DNA from: Octopus sinensis
Lineage: Eukaryota
Direction: 5' to 3'
NCBI RefSeq assembly: GCF_006345805.1
Contig: NW_021831285.1
Location: 124,497-188,496, forward strand
Length of the DNA stretch: 64,000 nt
Shown here: positions 63,901-64,000 of the stretch, piece by piece
Numbering within the stretch: the stretch's first letter is position 1
Layout of the letters: every line of letters starts with the position of its first letter
Notes under the pieces: model-generated
The model's input: the letters and a program-made list of their open reading frames with translations, nothing else
The model's database searches: none
What the model was told of the DNA's origin: nothing
Made by a program: the position numbers and the translations under genes

Positions 63901-64000
63901 TCGCATACTAAAATCTAGAGACATCCCAATTGCATAATAAATTACGCAATATATTACGAAATCTATTACATAATCTCAAGTATCCTCGTATCTTCACATC
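60903..64000. repeat. 161-bp satellite (dimer of related ~86 and ~75-bp subunits), about 19 units, continuing past the window end
   Basis: Both halves begin ATTACATAATCTCAAGTA(C/T)CCTCGTAT and contain AAATTGCATAATA.ATTACGCAAT; ORF-track periodicity of 161 bp. Confidence 0.97.

Noticed and set aside
1-64000. Microsporidian or prokaryotic origin of the window
   Set aside because: Intron-dense genes, BRCA1 and respiratory-chain assembly factors (COQ3, COA7, SMIM4) are incompatible with either.

Overview
Eukaryotic, AT-rich, transposon-dense window from an organism with uniformly tiny GT-AG introns (20-33 nt) and aerobic mitochondrial genes. This profile suggests a compacted metazoan parasite such as a dicyemid, which is an inference only. 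Host genes: a miniature BRCA1 (RING + 26-aa VNTR + tandem BRCT) present twice in an ~8.9-kb tandem duplication (4421-21615 and 21616-30545), a CEP152/Asterless-like coiled-coil gene followed 45 nt later by SMIM4/UQCC5, a COQ3 gene split inside an exon by a 2.4-kb non-LTR retroelement, COA7, and a 5'-truncated tRNA-Met. Most of the rest is nested mobile DNA: RTE-like, R4/Dong-like and CRE-like retroelements, several hAT elements, two Merlin elements, Tc1, pogo/Tigger, a MITE, and a Helitron carrying a 94-bp satellite. A 161-bp dimeric satellite runs off the right end. Main observations: (1) DNA transposases of four groups carry host-style micro-introns inside conserved motifs, and two Merlin elements differ in intron number; (2) the two BRCA1 duplication units differ by three elements that are all in copy A and precisely absent from copy B; (3) a 294-bp highly structured SINE-like insert with a 15-bp TSD; (4) the exonic disruption of COQ3. 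All family assignments come from manual motif reading, not database searches.
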